Position numbers and translations under genes: made by a program
The notes under the pieces: model-generated
What the model was told of the DNA's origin: nothing
The model's database searches: none
What the model saw: only the letters and a program-made list of their open reading frames with translations
Part shown: positions 8,100-16,853 of the stretch, in pieces
Layout of the letters: the number at the start of each line of letters is the position of its first letter
How positions within the stretch are numbered: position 1 is the stretch's first letter
Virus record (IMG/VR): IMGVR_UViG_3300042935_000583
Span: 1 to 44,029 of that record
DNA: 44,029 nt
Origin: a virus
Lineage: Duplodnaviria; Caudoviricetes
Reading direction: 5' to 3' (one strand)

Positions 8100-8537
8100 A
8101 TGACATTAAGTATAGATCAAGCAGTTTGTAATAGTTTTAAATCAGAACTATTAGGAGCTGTACACGATTTTGATTCTGGTTCAGGGCAAGTTTTTAAATT
8201 AGCGCTTTATCAATCAAACGCAGTATTAAACGCTACTACAACAATATATACATCAACTAATGAAGTTGCAAATACTGGACAGTATACTGCAGGTGGAGGA
8301 GTATTAGCTTCTCAACAAGTATCACTAGATGGTTCAGTAGGTATAGTAGATTTTGCAGATTTATCTTTTACAGGAGTTACATTAAGTGCACTTGGTGCAG
8401 TAATATATAATTCATCAGCAAGTAATAAAGCTGTTTGTGTATTAGATTTTGGTGCTGTTAAAACTGCAACATCTGGAACATTTACAATTCAATTCCCAGC
8501 TTTTACATCGGCAGCAGCTATATTAAGAATAGCTTAA
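8100..8537 (+). CDS. Virion structural protein
   Basis: FKLALY...NEV...YTAGG...GAVIYN...VLDFG pattern typical of tail-associated proteins; AGGAG RBS. Confidence 0.65.
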   Translation: MTLSIDQAVCNSFKSELLGAVHDFDSGSGQVFKLALYQSNAVLNATTTIYTSTNEVANTGQYTAGGGVLASQQVSLDGSVGIVDFADLSFTGVTLSALGAVIYNSSASNKAVCVLDFGAVKTATSGTFTIQFPAFTSAAAILRIA

Positions 8538-8547
8538 GGAGGAATTC

Positions 8548-9318
8548 ATGTCGGCTCCCTGGGGTTCAGGCGTATACGGTATAGGATACTGGGGAGAAGG
8601 CAATCAAGACGCTACAGTAACGTTTGAAGCGTGGGGCCAAGGTTCGTGGGGCGCTAATGCTTGGGGAGTTGGTTACATAACCACGGCTCTTGGGACTACT
8701 ACAAGTTCTGTTTTAATTCAAATAGATAACGATGTTGCGTTAACTGGAAATCAATTAAATTCTACAGTTAATATAGTTTCAGCTACTGCTGATTCTAATT
8801 TAACATTATCTACAAATTTATTACAAATAAATTTAGGTAATGAAAGTACTTCTGCGGATGTTGCAATTAGTTTAACAACTCTAAATTTATTAAATACAAC
8901 TATTGGACCAATATCTATTACTGCAAATGGTAATACATCTGAAATAGTAGTAGGTGATTCCATGAATTCTGCAGTTGGAACAATAACAGCTGATGCGGGA
9001 TCTTCCTTCGAAGTAACTGGTAATCAAGTTACTGTATTAATAGGAGATGAAGTTCTTACTGGAAATGCTTCTGTTACTTTATCTACAAATTTATTAAACA
9101 CAACTACAGGCACAGCTACGGGTGATGTAGCTACTGTTATTTTAACTGGTTCTAGCGTTTTAACTAGCACAGGAACAGTAACATTTACTATTGATGGATC
9201 TGTTATATTAACAGGAGTAAATATGACAGCTTCTACAGGTCGTTTATTTATTACGGCTTGGGCAGTTATTGATATAGGGGTAACTAATAACTGGGGGGTT
9301 GTTGACATAGCCGCTTAA
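8548..9318 (+). CDS. Thr/Gly-rich tail fibre-like protein with WG repeats
   Basis: WGSGVYGIGYWG and WGQGSWGANAWG, then Thr/Val/Gly-rich repeats; AGGAGG RBS. Confidence 0.6.
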   Translation: MSAPWGSGVYGIGYWGEGNQDATVTFEAWGQGSWGANAWGVGYITTALGTTTSSVLIQIDNDVALTGNQLNSTVNIVSATADSNLTLSTNLLQINLGNESTSADVAISLTTLNLLNTTIGPISITANGNTSEIVVGDSMNSAVGTITADAGSSFEVTGNQVTVLIGDEVLTGNASVTLSTNLLNTTTGTATGDVATVILTGSSVLTSTGTVTFTIDGSVILTGVNMTASTGRLFITAWAVIDIGVTNNWGVVDIAA

Positions 9319-9330
9319 TGAAACTAAAAT
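9302..9330 (+). promoter_or_regulatory. Sigma70-like promoter for the tail fibre cluster
   Basis: TTGACA (9302-9307), 17 bp spacer, TAAAAT (9325-9330). Confidence 0.65.
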
Positions 9331-9361
9331 TGATAATATTACATAATTTATAAGAATTTTT

Positions 9362-10351
9362 ATGGCATCATCCTATTCTACAGACCTCAAACTAGAGTTA
9401 ATGGTAACAGGGGAAAACTCTGGAACTTGGGGAGATAAAACAAACTCAAATTTAAATTTATTACAACAAGCCATTGCAGGTTTTCAATCTATAGCACTTA
9501 CATCTACTAATACAACATTGTCAATGACAAATGCTACTATTTCAGATGCAAGAAATGCTATTTTAAAATTTACAGGAACAATTACTGCAAACTGTACAAT
9601 ATTTATTGAAACTGGAATTGAAAAAACTTACATTGTGGATAATGCAACATCAGGAGCTTTCACAGTAGCATTAAATCAAGTTGGAGGATCTTCTGTTATT
9701 TGGGATGCAACTGATAAAAGTCATAAAATAATTTATTTAGATGGAACAAATCCTACTGATATAGGCAATGATTTATCTACTATCAGATTACCTAATCAAA
9801 ACGAAGTTAGATTTGGAGATGCAGATAACTCAAACTATGTATCATTAAAAGCAGGTGCAACAGTTGCATCTAATGTTAGTTTTACATTACCTAACACATT
9901 ACCTTCATTTAATAATGCTCCTATTGTTGTAACAACAGCAGGTGTACAAAGTTTTACAGCTTATTCTTTACCAACTGCAGATGGTGCAACAAACCAAGTA
10001 TTACAAACTAATGGTTCAGGTGCTGTAACATTCGCAACCGTATCAGGCGGAGCAGCTTGGCAAACAGTTAAAACTACAAACTTTACTGTTACTGCAAAAG
10101 AAGGATATTTTGTAAATACAAGTTCAAACAGCACTGCAATTACAGCAACATTACCATCATCACCAACTCTTGGAGACTTCGTATCTTTCATTGATTATGC
10201 TGGAACATTTGATTCCTATAATTTCATTATTGCAAGAAATGGAAAAAATATTCAAGGTGTAGCAGAAGATTTAACCGTGTCAGTTGAAAGAGCTGGTTTA
10301 ACTTTAGTATTTACCGACAACACTCAAGGCTGGCTATTACAGAATAAATAA
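9362..10351 (+). CDS. Tail fibre/baseplate-like protein
   Basis: N-terminal GENSGTWG anchor; C-terminal LPSSPTLGDFVSFIDYAGTF...RNGKNIQG...GW domain resembling T4 gp9/gp10-type domains. Confidence 0.7.
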   Translation: MASSYSTDLKLELMVTGENSGTWGDKTNSNLNLLQQAIAGFQSIALTSTNTTLSMTNATISDARNAILKFTGTITANCTIFIETGIEKTYIVDNATSGAFTVALNQVGGSSVIWDATDKSHKIIYLDGTNPTDIGNDLSTIRLPNQNEVRFGDADNSNYVSLKAGATVASNVSFTLPNTLPSFNNAPIVVTTAGVQSFTAYSLPTADGATNQVLQTNGSGAVTFATVSGGAAWQTVKTTNFTVTAKEGYFVNTSSNSTAITATLPSSPTLGDFVSFIDYAGTFDSYNFIIARNGKNIQGVAEDLTVSVERAGLTLVFTDNTQGWLLQNK

Positions 10352-10353
10352 CC

Positions 10354-11361
10354 ATGGCTACTTATAAAGGTATAAATGGTTTTGCTGTTCAATCAGTTGC
10401 ATCCGATCCATCTCCAAGTAATGAAGGACAAGTTTGGTATAATAATGCTACTTATGCTTTTAAACTAGCAGCAGTTACGACTGCTGGGACATGGGCAAGT
10501 GGTGGGAATTTACCTACTATAACAACTCAATTAGGTGGTGCAGGAATACAAACAGCAGCATTAGCGTTTGGTGGTAATTCACCAGCAGGTACATTTGTAT
10601 CAGCTGCATATAAATATGATGGTACATCTTGGACATCAACAGGATCTTTAAATACAGCTAGACGAGGTGGAATTGGTGGAGCAGGAATTCAAACTTCAGC
10701 TTTAGCTTTCGGTGGTTATTCTACAGCAAACTCATCAGCGTCTGAATCTTTTAATGGATCAACTTGGACAAGTACACCTTCATTAAACACAGCAAGAACT
10801 GCTCCTGGTGGTTGTGGTGCATCTAATACTTCAGCTTTAGCGTTTGGTGGTGATGTAACTTATGGAGCACAAACAGCCACAGAATTATGGAATGGAAGCA
10901 GTTGGACAAATAATCCAACAGGATTAAATACTGCAAGATCTAGTGTAGGTGGTTGTGGAACTCAAACTGCAGCATTAGCTGCAGGTGGAATTGATGGTGG
11001 TCCAAGTGGATCTAGTACTACAAGTTTAGCATCTACAGAATCTTATAATGGTTCTACATGGACTTCAGTGAGTTCAATGAATACTGCTAGATACGGATTA
11101 GGTTTGGGAGGAACTCAAACTTTAGCTTTAGCTTTTGGTGGTAATGCATATCCTTTAACAGGTGCTACAGAATCTTGGAATGGAACAAGTTGGACAACTT
11201 TGCCAGCTACTATGGCTACTCCTAGAACAGATGGATGGGGTGGTGGAACACAAGCATCTGCAATATATTTTGGTGGTGCTACTCCTGGTGGTAATCAGAA
11301 TGCCACCGAAGAATTTACAGGTGCTGGAGCCCCAGTAACTAAAACCATAACAACTTCGTAA
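10354..11361 (+). CDS. Kelch-like beta-propeller virion protein 1 (putative receptor binding)
   Basis: About six repeats of GxQTxALAFGG...ExxNGxxWT...LNTAR; N-terminal SDP..GQVWYN. Confidence 0.75.
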   Translation: MATYKGINGFAVQSVASDPSPSNEGQVWYNNATYAFKLAAVTTAGTWASGGNLPTITTQLGGAGIQTAALAFGGNSPAGTFVSAAYKYDGTSWTSTGSLNTARRGGIGGAGIQTSALAFGGYSTANSSASESFNGSTWTSTPSLNTARTAPGGCGASNTSALAFGGDVTYGAQTATELWNGSSWTNNPTGLNTARSSVGGCGTQTAALAAGGIDGGPSGSSTTSLASTESYNGSTWTSVSSMNTARYGLGLGGTQTLALAFGGNAYPLTGATESWNGTSWTTLPATMATPRTDGWGGGTQASAIYFGGATPGGNQNATEEFTGAGAPVTKTITTS

Positions 11362-11412
11362 TATACAATGATTATGAAAAATGGTATAAATATAAATTAA
11401 TAAGGAGGAAAC

Positions 11413-11709
11413 ATGACATATAAATACTGTGTAGCAGAATGTTGGGGAAAAGGATTTATCACTCACAGTGATTCATCTAAATACCAAGTTTCTGGGTTTC
11501 CAGGTAATGTTTGGCAGATACCAGCTGATAACCAAGATGCAAATCTTTGGGTTAATAAAGTAGCAGGTACTTTCAAAACAAAAGCAGAAGCACAAGCAAT
11601 AGTTGATGCAGAAGTTGCAAAAGCTCAAGCAGCGTGGGACGCTTTACCTGATGAACAGAAGCAACAAACGTTTAATAGACAACGACCAACTGCTATCGTT
11701 TTAGAATAA
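11413..11709 (+). CDS. Small protein in the fibre cluster (possible assembly chaperone/adaptor)
   Basis: 98 aa, AAGGAGG RBS, between propeller genes. Confidence 0.65.
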   Translation: MTYKYCVAECWGKGFITHSDSSKYQVSGFPGNVWQIPADNQDANLWVNKVAGTFKTKAEAQAIVDAEVAKAQAAWDALPDEQKQQTFNRQRPTAIVLE

Positions 11710-11716
11710 AATTTTT

Positions 11717-12691
11717 ATGGCAACGTATTACGGAACATATGGACAAAAAGTCCAGTACCTAGCGTCCGATCCATCTGATCCACAAACAGGTCAGGTGTGG
11801 TATAATTCTACGTCTGCTGTTTTGAAAGTGAGAAGTGCTACAACTTCAGGTGCCTGGGCAAGTGGTGGAAATTTACCAGCGGTTAGAAATGGCATGGTTA
11901 GTGCAGGAACTCAAACTACAGCTTTAGTAGCTGGAGGATATGGTACTACAGCTTTTCTTACTAGTACATTTGAATATGATGGTAGTACTTGGACAGCTGG
12001 TGGAAATATAAATACTTCTACTACTGAAAGAGGATCTTGTGGAACTCAAACGGCTGCTTTAGCTTGGGGAAGTTCTGGTGTAAGTACAGCTACAGAAGAA
12101 TATGATGGATCATCTTGGACAACAGTTCCAGGAACTTTAAATACTGGAAGAGCTGGATCATATGGTGCTGGTACTCAAACAGCAGCATTAGCAATGGGTG
12201 GAAATCCTTCACCAACAGCGGTTGAGGAATATGATGGTACGTCTTGGACAAATGGTGGAAGTTTAACTAATGGTGGTTATTTTGGAGCAGGTGCAGGAAC
12301 TCAAACTGCAGGTTTATTTTTTGGTGGTACAAATGCAGGTCCTTCTGGTTTATTTACTACAACATCTGAATATGATGGAACTTCCTGGACAGCTGGGGGA
12401 TCATTAGCGACTGGAAGGTGGGGATTAGCGGGAACTGGAATTCAAACGGCAGCTTTGGCAATAGGAGGTTTTAATGGTTCTAATGCTATTACAAATGTTG
12501 AAAATTATAATGGAACTGCTTGGTCTTCTGAAACTTCATTATCAACAGCAAGATATACAATGGGAAATGCTAATTCTAGTCCATCAAGTGCTGCGTGTGT
12601 TTATGGTGGATCAACACCAAGTGTTACAAATTTAACTGAAGAATTCACAGGTGCAGGTGCAGCAGTAACTAGAACAGTAACGGTATCATAA
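11717..12691 (+). CDS. Kelch-like beta-propeller virion protein 2
   Basis: Same repeat and termini as 10354..11361. Confidence 0.75.
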   Translation: MATYYGTYGQKVQYLASDPSDPQTGQVWYNSTSAVLKVRSATTSGAWASGGNLPAVRNGMVSAGTQTTALVAGGYGTTAFLTSTFEYDGSTWTAGGNINTSTTERGSCGTQTAALAWGSSGVSTATEEYDGSSWTTVPGTLNTGRAGSYGAGTQTAALAMGGNPSPTAVEEYDGTSWTNGGSLTNGGYFGAGAGTQTAGLFFGGTNAGPSGLFTTTSEYDGTSWTAGGSLATGRWGLAGTGIQTAALAIGGFNGSNAITNVENYNGTAWSSETSLSTARYTMGNANSSPSSAACVYGGSTPSVTNLTEEFTGAGAAVTRTVTVS

Positions 12692-13650
12692 TGGTAGCAT
12701 ACACAGGAATACAAGGACAGAATATTTTAATAGTAAGCTCGGATCCAGCAAATCCGACTGAAGGTCAGATTTGGTATAATTCAACAACGAATCTTTTAAA
12801 AGGTTATGCGAATGTTGTAACTAATGCTTGGGCAAGTGGTGGAAATATGGTCACTGCAAATAGAGCAGGAGGTGCAGCAGGTATACAAACATCAGCTGTA
12901 ACTTTTGGTGGAGATCCTAATACAGCAACAACACAATTATATAATGGTACATCTTGGACATCTACTGGAAATTTAAATACAGGTAGATTTCATATAGGTG
13001 GTTGTGGAACACAAACAGCGGCTTTGGCTGCTGGTGGTTATACTGGTGCTGGTTCAACAGCCACAGAAAAATTTAATGGTACAACTTGGACTAATAATCC
13101 TACTGGTTTAAATACAGCTAGATATGGTTTATATGTTTTTGGAATTCAAACAGCAGCTATTGCAGCAACAGGAAATAATGGATCAACTTATCCAGCTGCA
13201 ACAGAATCTTTTAATGGATCAACATGGACATCTGTAAATCCAGTAAATACAGCTAGAGATAATTCAGCAGGTGCAGGAATTCAAACAGCGGGTTTACTTT
13301 TTGGTGGTAATAATCCAGGACCAACTGCAGCAACAGAATCATGGAATGGAACGTCTTGGACAACAGTTAATAGTTTAAATACTTCAAGGATGTGTGCAGG
13401 AGCAGGATCTCAAGCATCAGCTTTAGCATTTGGAGGTTATACAACAGGACCAGTGTCAATTACAGAATCTTGGAATGGTACAAGTTGGACAACAGTTCCT
13501 AGTTTAGCACAAGCAAGAAATAATATAGCAGGAGCAGGTACTCAAACAGCTGCTTTAGCATCTGGTGGTGACACACCTGCCCCAGCAACTAATTTAACAG
13601 AAGAATGGACAGGACAAGCAGTACAAGTTAGAACAATAACAACTTCGTAA
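12691..13650 (+). CDS. Kelch-like beta-propeller virion protein 3
   Basis: Same repeat and termini as 10354..11361. Confidence 0.75.
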   Translation: MVAYTGIQGQNILIVSSDPANPTEGQIWYNSTTNLLKGYANVVTNAWASGGNMVTANRAGGAAGIQTSAVTFGGDPNTATTQLYNGTSWTSTGNLNTGRFHIGGCGTQTAALAAGGYTGAGSTATEKFNGTTWTNNPTGLNTARYGLYVFGIQTAAIAATGNNGSTYPAATESFNGSTWTSVNPVNTARDNSAGAGIQTAGLLFGGNNPGPTAATESWNGTSWTTVNSLNTSRMCAGAGSQASALAFGGYTTGPVSITESWNGTSWTTVPSLAQARNNIAGAGTQTAALASGGDTPAPATNLTEEWTGQAVQVRTITTS

Positions 13651-13654
13651 GCCC

Positions 13655-13683
13655 TTTACATTTAATCTAACATAGCTTATATA
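13655..13683 (+). promoter_or_regulatory. Sigma70-like promoter, likely giving a leaderless mRNA
   Basis: TTTACA (13655-13660), 17 bp spacer, TATATA (13678-13683); ATG 7 bp later with no SD. Confidence 0.5.
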
Positions 13684-13689
13684 CATCTC

Positions 13690-14364
13690 ATGACAGAGAA
13701 GAGAGATATAAAAGAGCTTATACAACAAGAAGAAACACACCTTAATAATCTACTTGAACCAAATGATTTAAAATCATTTAAAGGAATGGTGGATGAACTT
13801 CGAGACACGTGGACTAAAAAACAAATATTTAGAACTGAAACAGAAGCTAGAATATCTGTGCTTCAAGATAATCGTTATCCAAATAACGCTTCTAAATATT
13901 GGCAATGTGTTAGAGAACAAAGTGTATTTTTAGAAAATTTAATGTCGTTGTCTTTTGATTATAGACGTAATGAAGCAAAGATTAAATGGCTTACTAAAAA
14001 AATAGAAACTGAAACCGATGAATATAAATTAGAAAATTATAAAATAGATTTAGATGAAAAGATATATTCTAAAGCTAGTATGGAAGCAGTTGCAAAAGAT
14101 AGAATGAGAGAAATTAATATGTGGTCTAAATTAAAAGCAGAATTTAATGATGGTACATTTAATGATAAAAATGTAAATGAACATCAATTAGAAACATATC
14201 ATCAAGTATATTTAAACAAAGCAAAAACATTAACTTCAGGATCATCTCAACCAGAAGTATTTAATGTGGTTGGTCAATTAGAAACAATTGAAAGAGTTAA
14301 AAAATCAGGTGAATTAAAATACGATAAAAAAGAACAACTACAATACGGAAAAGAATCAAAATAA
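13690..14364 (+). CDS. Helical hypothetical protein heading the oxygenase operon
   Basis: 224 aa, charged and coiled-coil-like; KYWQCVREQ motif. Confidence 0.7.
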   Translation: MTEKRDIKELIQQEETHLNNLLEPNDLKSFKGMVDELRDTWTKKQIFRTETEARISVLQDNRYPNNASKYWQCVREQSVFLENLMSLSFDYRRNEAKIKWLTKKIETETDEYKLENYKIDLDEKIYSKASMEAVAKDRMREINMWSKLKAEFNDGTFNDKNVNEHQLETYHQVYLNKAKTLTSGSSQPEVFNVVGQLETIERVKKSGELKYDKKEQLQYGKESK

Positions 14365-14373
14365 AGAAAGATA

Positions 14374-15024
14374 ATGAATTTCAATTTCACATTTTTAGGA
14401 CAATCTATCCTACGATATGAAACTCCTTTAGATATATTTCATGCAATCAATCAAACGTATGAACAAAAATTCAATACGTTAGAACCAGCCAATAAACAAT
14501 TAGTAGGTAAGATTAAAAATGAACATTCTCTATTTTATGATGGAGAAGATGAATCTAAAATGAAAAGACATAATGAATTACCTAAAAATGTTTTAGATTG
14601 GTTTATGGAAATGTTTCATCATTATTTAGAATTCAATCATGTAAGACAATATCAAACACATTTAAATTCAATTTGGGTGAATGAAATGAAGTCTAATGAA
14701 TATAATCCAGTTCATGTTCATCAAGGAAATTTATTTACAGGTTTGTCTTCAGTAATGGTTTTAAAATTACCAAATACTTATGGTGTAGAATATTCAGCAG
14801 AACAAGCTCCACAAAATGGAAAGCTACAAATACTAGGCGCAGCTAATGGTCAATTTGCTAAAGTTGATTATGAACCACCCATGAAACTCCGAGATTTTTA
14901 TATATTTCCTTATGATATGAGACATTGTGTATATCCATTTAATGGAACAAATGACACTAGACGAACATTAGCAGCTAACTGCGATGTATTATATAACCCA
15001 ATCATCAATAGAGGAGCACAATGA
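14374..15024 (+). CDS. 2OG-Fe(II) oxygenase (HxH type)
   Basis: WVN...NPVHVH...FP..MRHCVYPF...RRTLAAN. Confidence 0.8.
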   Translation: MNFNFTFLGQSILRYETPLDIFHAINQTYEQKFNTLEPANKQLVGKIKNEHSLFYDGEDESKMKRHNELPKNVLDWFMEMFHHYLEFNHVRQYQTHLNSIWVNEMKSNEYNPVHVHQGNLFTGLSSVMVLKLPNTYGVEYSAEQAPQNGKLQILGAANGQFAKVDYEPPMKLRDFYIFPYDMRHCVYPFNGTNDTRRTLAANCDVLYNPIINRGAQ

Positions 15025-15596
15025 TAACAGAACCACGTTGGAAGTCGTTGATTGTTGAAACAACTAGTCCAATATTTACACCAGAACAATGTCAGTTAAT
15101 TATAAATGCAGGTAGATCTGAACCCGTTGAAAATGGTCAAGTAGGTGGAGGACAAGGTGGTACAGTAGATACAAAGGTTAGAACTTCACACATTAGTTGG
15201 ATACCTTTTAATAAAATGCCTGAAATGTATAAAACATTAGAAACTATTATGAGAAAAACAAATGGTAATCATTTTGGATTTGAAGGAATGCAAATAACAG
15301 AACCTGCTCAATATACAGAATATCCAGCGGGTGGATTTTATGATTGGCATATAGATTCAGATGTTAATTGTATAAATGAACCACCAGTACGTAAAATATC
15401 TATGACATGTTTATTATCTCATGAATCTGAATTTGAAGGGGGTGGACTAGAACTTATGTCAGATGGTAAGATTGCAAGACCTAAACAAGGTCAAGCTATT
15501 TTCTTTGCAAGTTATATTAGACATAGAGTAATACCAATAACTAAAGGTACAAGAAAATCACTTGTTATGTGGTTCGGTGGTACTCCATTTAAATAA
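15021..15596 (+). CDS. 2OG-Fe(II) oxygenase, prolyl-4-hydroxylase-like
   Basis: YDWHID...RKISMT...FEGG...HRVIPITKGTRKSLVMW. Confidence 0.85.
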   Translation: MITEPRWKSLIVETTSPIFTPEQCQLIINAGRSEPVENGQVGGGQGGTVDTKVRTSHISWIPFNKMPEMYKTLETIMRKTNGNHFGFEGMQITEPAQYTEYPAGGFYDWHIDSDVNCINEPPVRKISMTCLLSHESEFEGGGLELMSDGKIARPKQGQAIFFASYIRHRVIPITKGTRKSLVMWFGGTPFK

Positions 15597-16186
15597 TGAA
15601 TAGAGAATTATATTTTGCAACACCTATCTATGTTAAAGATGTAGGCACACAAGAATTCAATAATCAATTAGAACAAAACATTGTAAATTGGTCTAAACAA
15701 GATAAAGGTGAAATTAAAACTAATATGAAAGGTTGGCATAGTACAACAGATATGCATACTAAACCTGAATATAAAATGTTAGTTGATTTATTATATGAAG
15801 CACAATCATTTATTTATAAAGATGAATTATTAGACAATGAACCTTATCTTGGAAATATGTGGGCCAATATCAACCCACCTGGTGGATATAATAGACCACA
15901 CACTCATCCTAATTCATTATGGTCTGGAGTGTATTATATTAAAGCACCTATTAATAGTGGACATTTAAAAGTAGAAGATCCTAAACCTTGTAGTTTAATA
16001 TCAAGACCAAGACGCAAACAAGGAGAGTTACCAATTCATTTATGGAATGAAGTACACTTTGAGCCAGTTGCAGGACGCTTGATTATGTTTCCATCCTGGT
16101 TAAATCATTGTGTTGATCCAAATCAATCTAATGATATAAGAATATCAGTATCGTTTAATTTTTTACAGAGAGGAATGTTCGTATGA
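15596..16186 (+). CDS. 2OG-Fe(II) oxygenase (TIGR02466-like)
   Basis: WANINPPGGYNRPHTHPNS.WSGVYY...FPSWLNHCV...RISVSFN. Confidence 0.85.
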   Translation: MNRELYFATPIYVKDVGTQEFNNQLEQNIVNWSKQDKGEIKTNMKGWHSTTDMHTKPEYKMLVDLLYEAQSFIYKDELLDNEPYLGNMWANINPPGGYNRPHTHPNSLWSGVYYIKAPINSGHLKVEDPKPCSLISRPRRKQGELPIHLWNEVHFEPVAGRLIMFPSWLNHCVDPNQSNDIRISVSFNFLQRGMFV

Positions 16187-16836
16187 GTTTTCAAATTAAT
16201 AAATATCAAGTAATTAAAAAAGCAGTTCCATATGAACTTGCTAATTTTATATTTAACTATTTCTTACTTAAAAGAGATGCTGTTAATTATATGTATAAAA
16301 ATAATCTAGTAGCGGAAAATGGTATGTTAGGTACTTGGAAAGACAAACAAGTTCCAAATGTATATTCTCATTATGCTGACTTTGTTATGGAAACATTACT
16401 TATGAAAGTAATGCCTATAATGAAAAAAGAAACTAATTTAGATTTAATACCTACGTACTCGTACGCGCGCGTGTACGAGAAAGGTTCTATTTTAAAAAGA
16501 CATAAAGATAGACCTTCATGCGAGATATCTACAACATTAAATCTAGGTGGAGATCCTTGGGCCATCTATTTAGATACAACAGGAAGTAATAACGTAATTG
16601 ATGAATATAAGAATATAATGAAACCAAATGCACCAGCAGGTATAAGAGTGGATCTTGAACCAGGTGATATGTTAGTTTATTCTGGTTGTGAGTTAGAACA
16701 TTGGAGAGAAGAGTTTACAGGTAACATTTGTGCACAAGTATTTCTACATTACAATCATATAAATGGTCAATTTAAAGACAATAATTTATACGATAAGAGA
16801 CCACTTCTAGGACTACCACCATTTGCTAAACAATAG
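16183..16836 (+). CDS. 2OG-Fe(II) oxygenase
   Basis: LKRHKDRPSCEIS...PGD..VYSGCELEHWRE...QVFLHY (HxD...H). Confidence 0.8.
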   Translation: MSFQINKYQVIKKAVPYELANFIFNYFLLKRDAVNYMYKNNLVAENGMLGTWKDKQVPNVYSHYADFVMETLLMKVMPIMKKETNLDLIPTYSYARVYEKGSILKRHKDRPSCEISTTLNLGGDPWAIYLDTTGSNNVIDEYKNIMKPNAPAGIRVDLEPGDMLVYSGCELEHWREEFTGNICAQVFLHYNHINGQFKDNNLYDKRPLLGLPPFAKQ

Positions 16837-16853
16837 TATAATAGGCATTAAAT

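Noticed and set aside
10354-13650. Diversity-generating retroelement or invertible shufflon
   Set aside because: No reverse transcriptase or recombinase, no adenine-specific template/variable repeat pair, and all copies are intact and in the same orientation.
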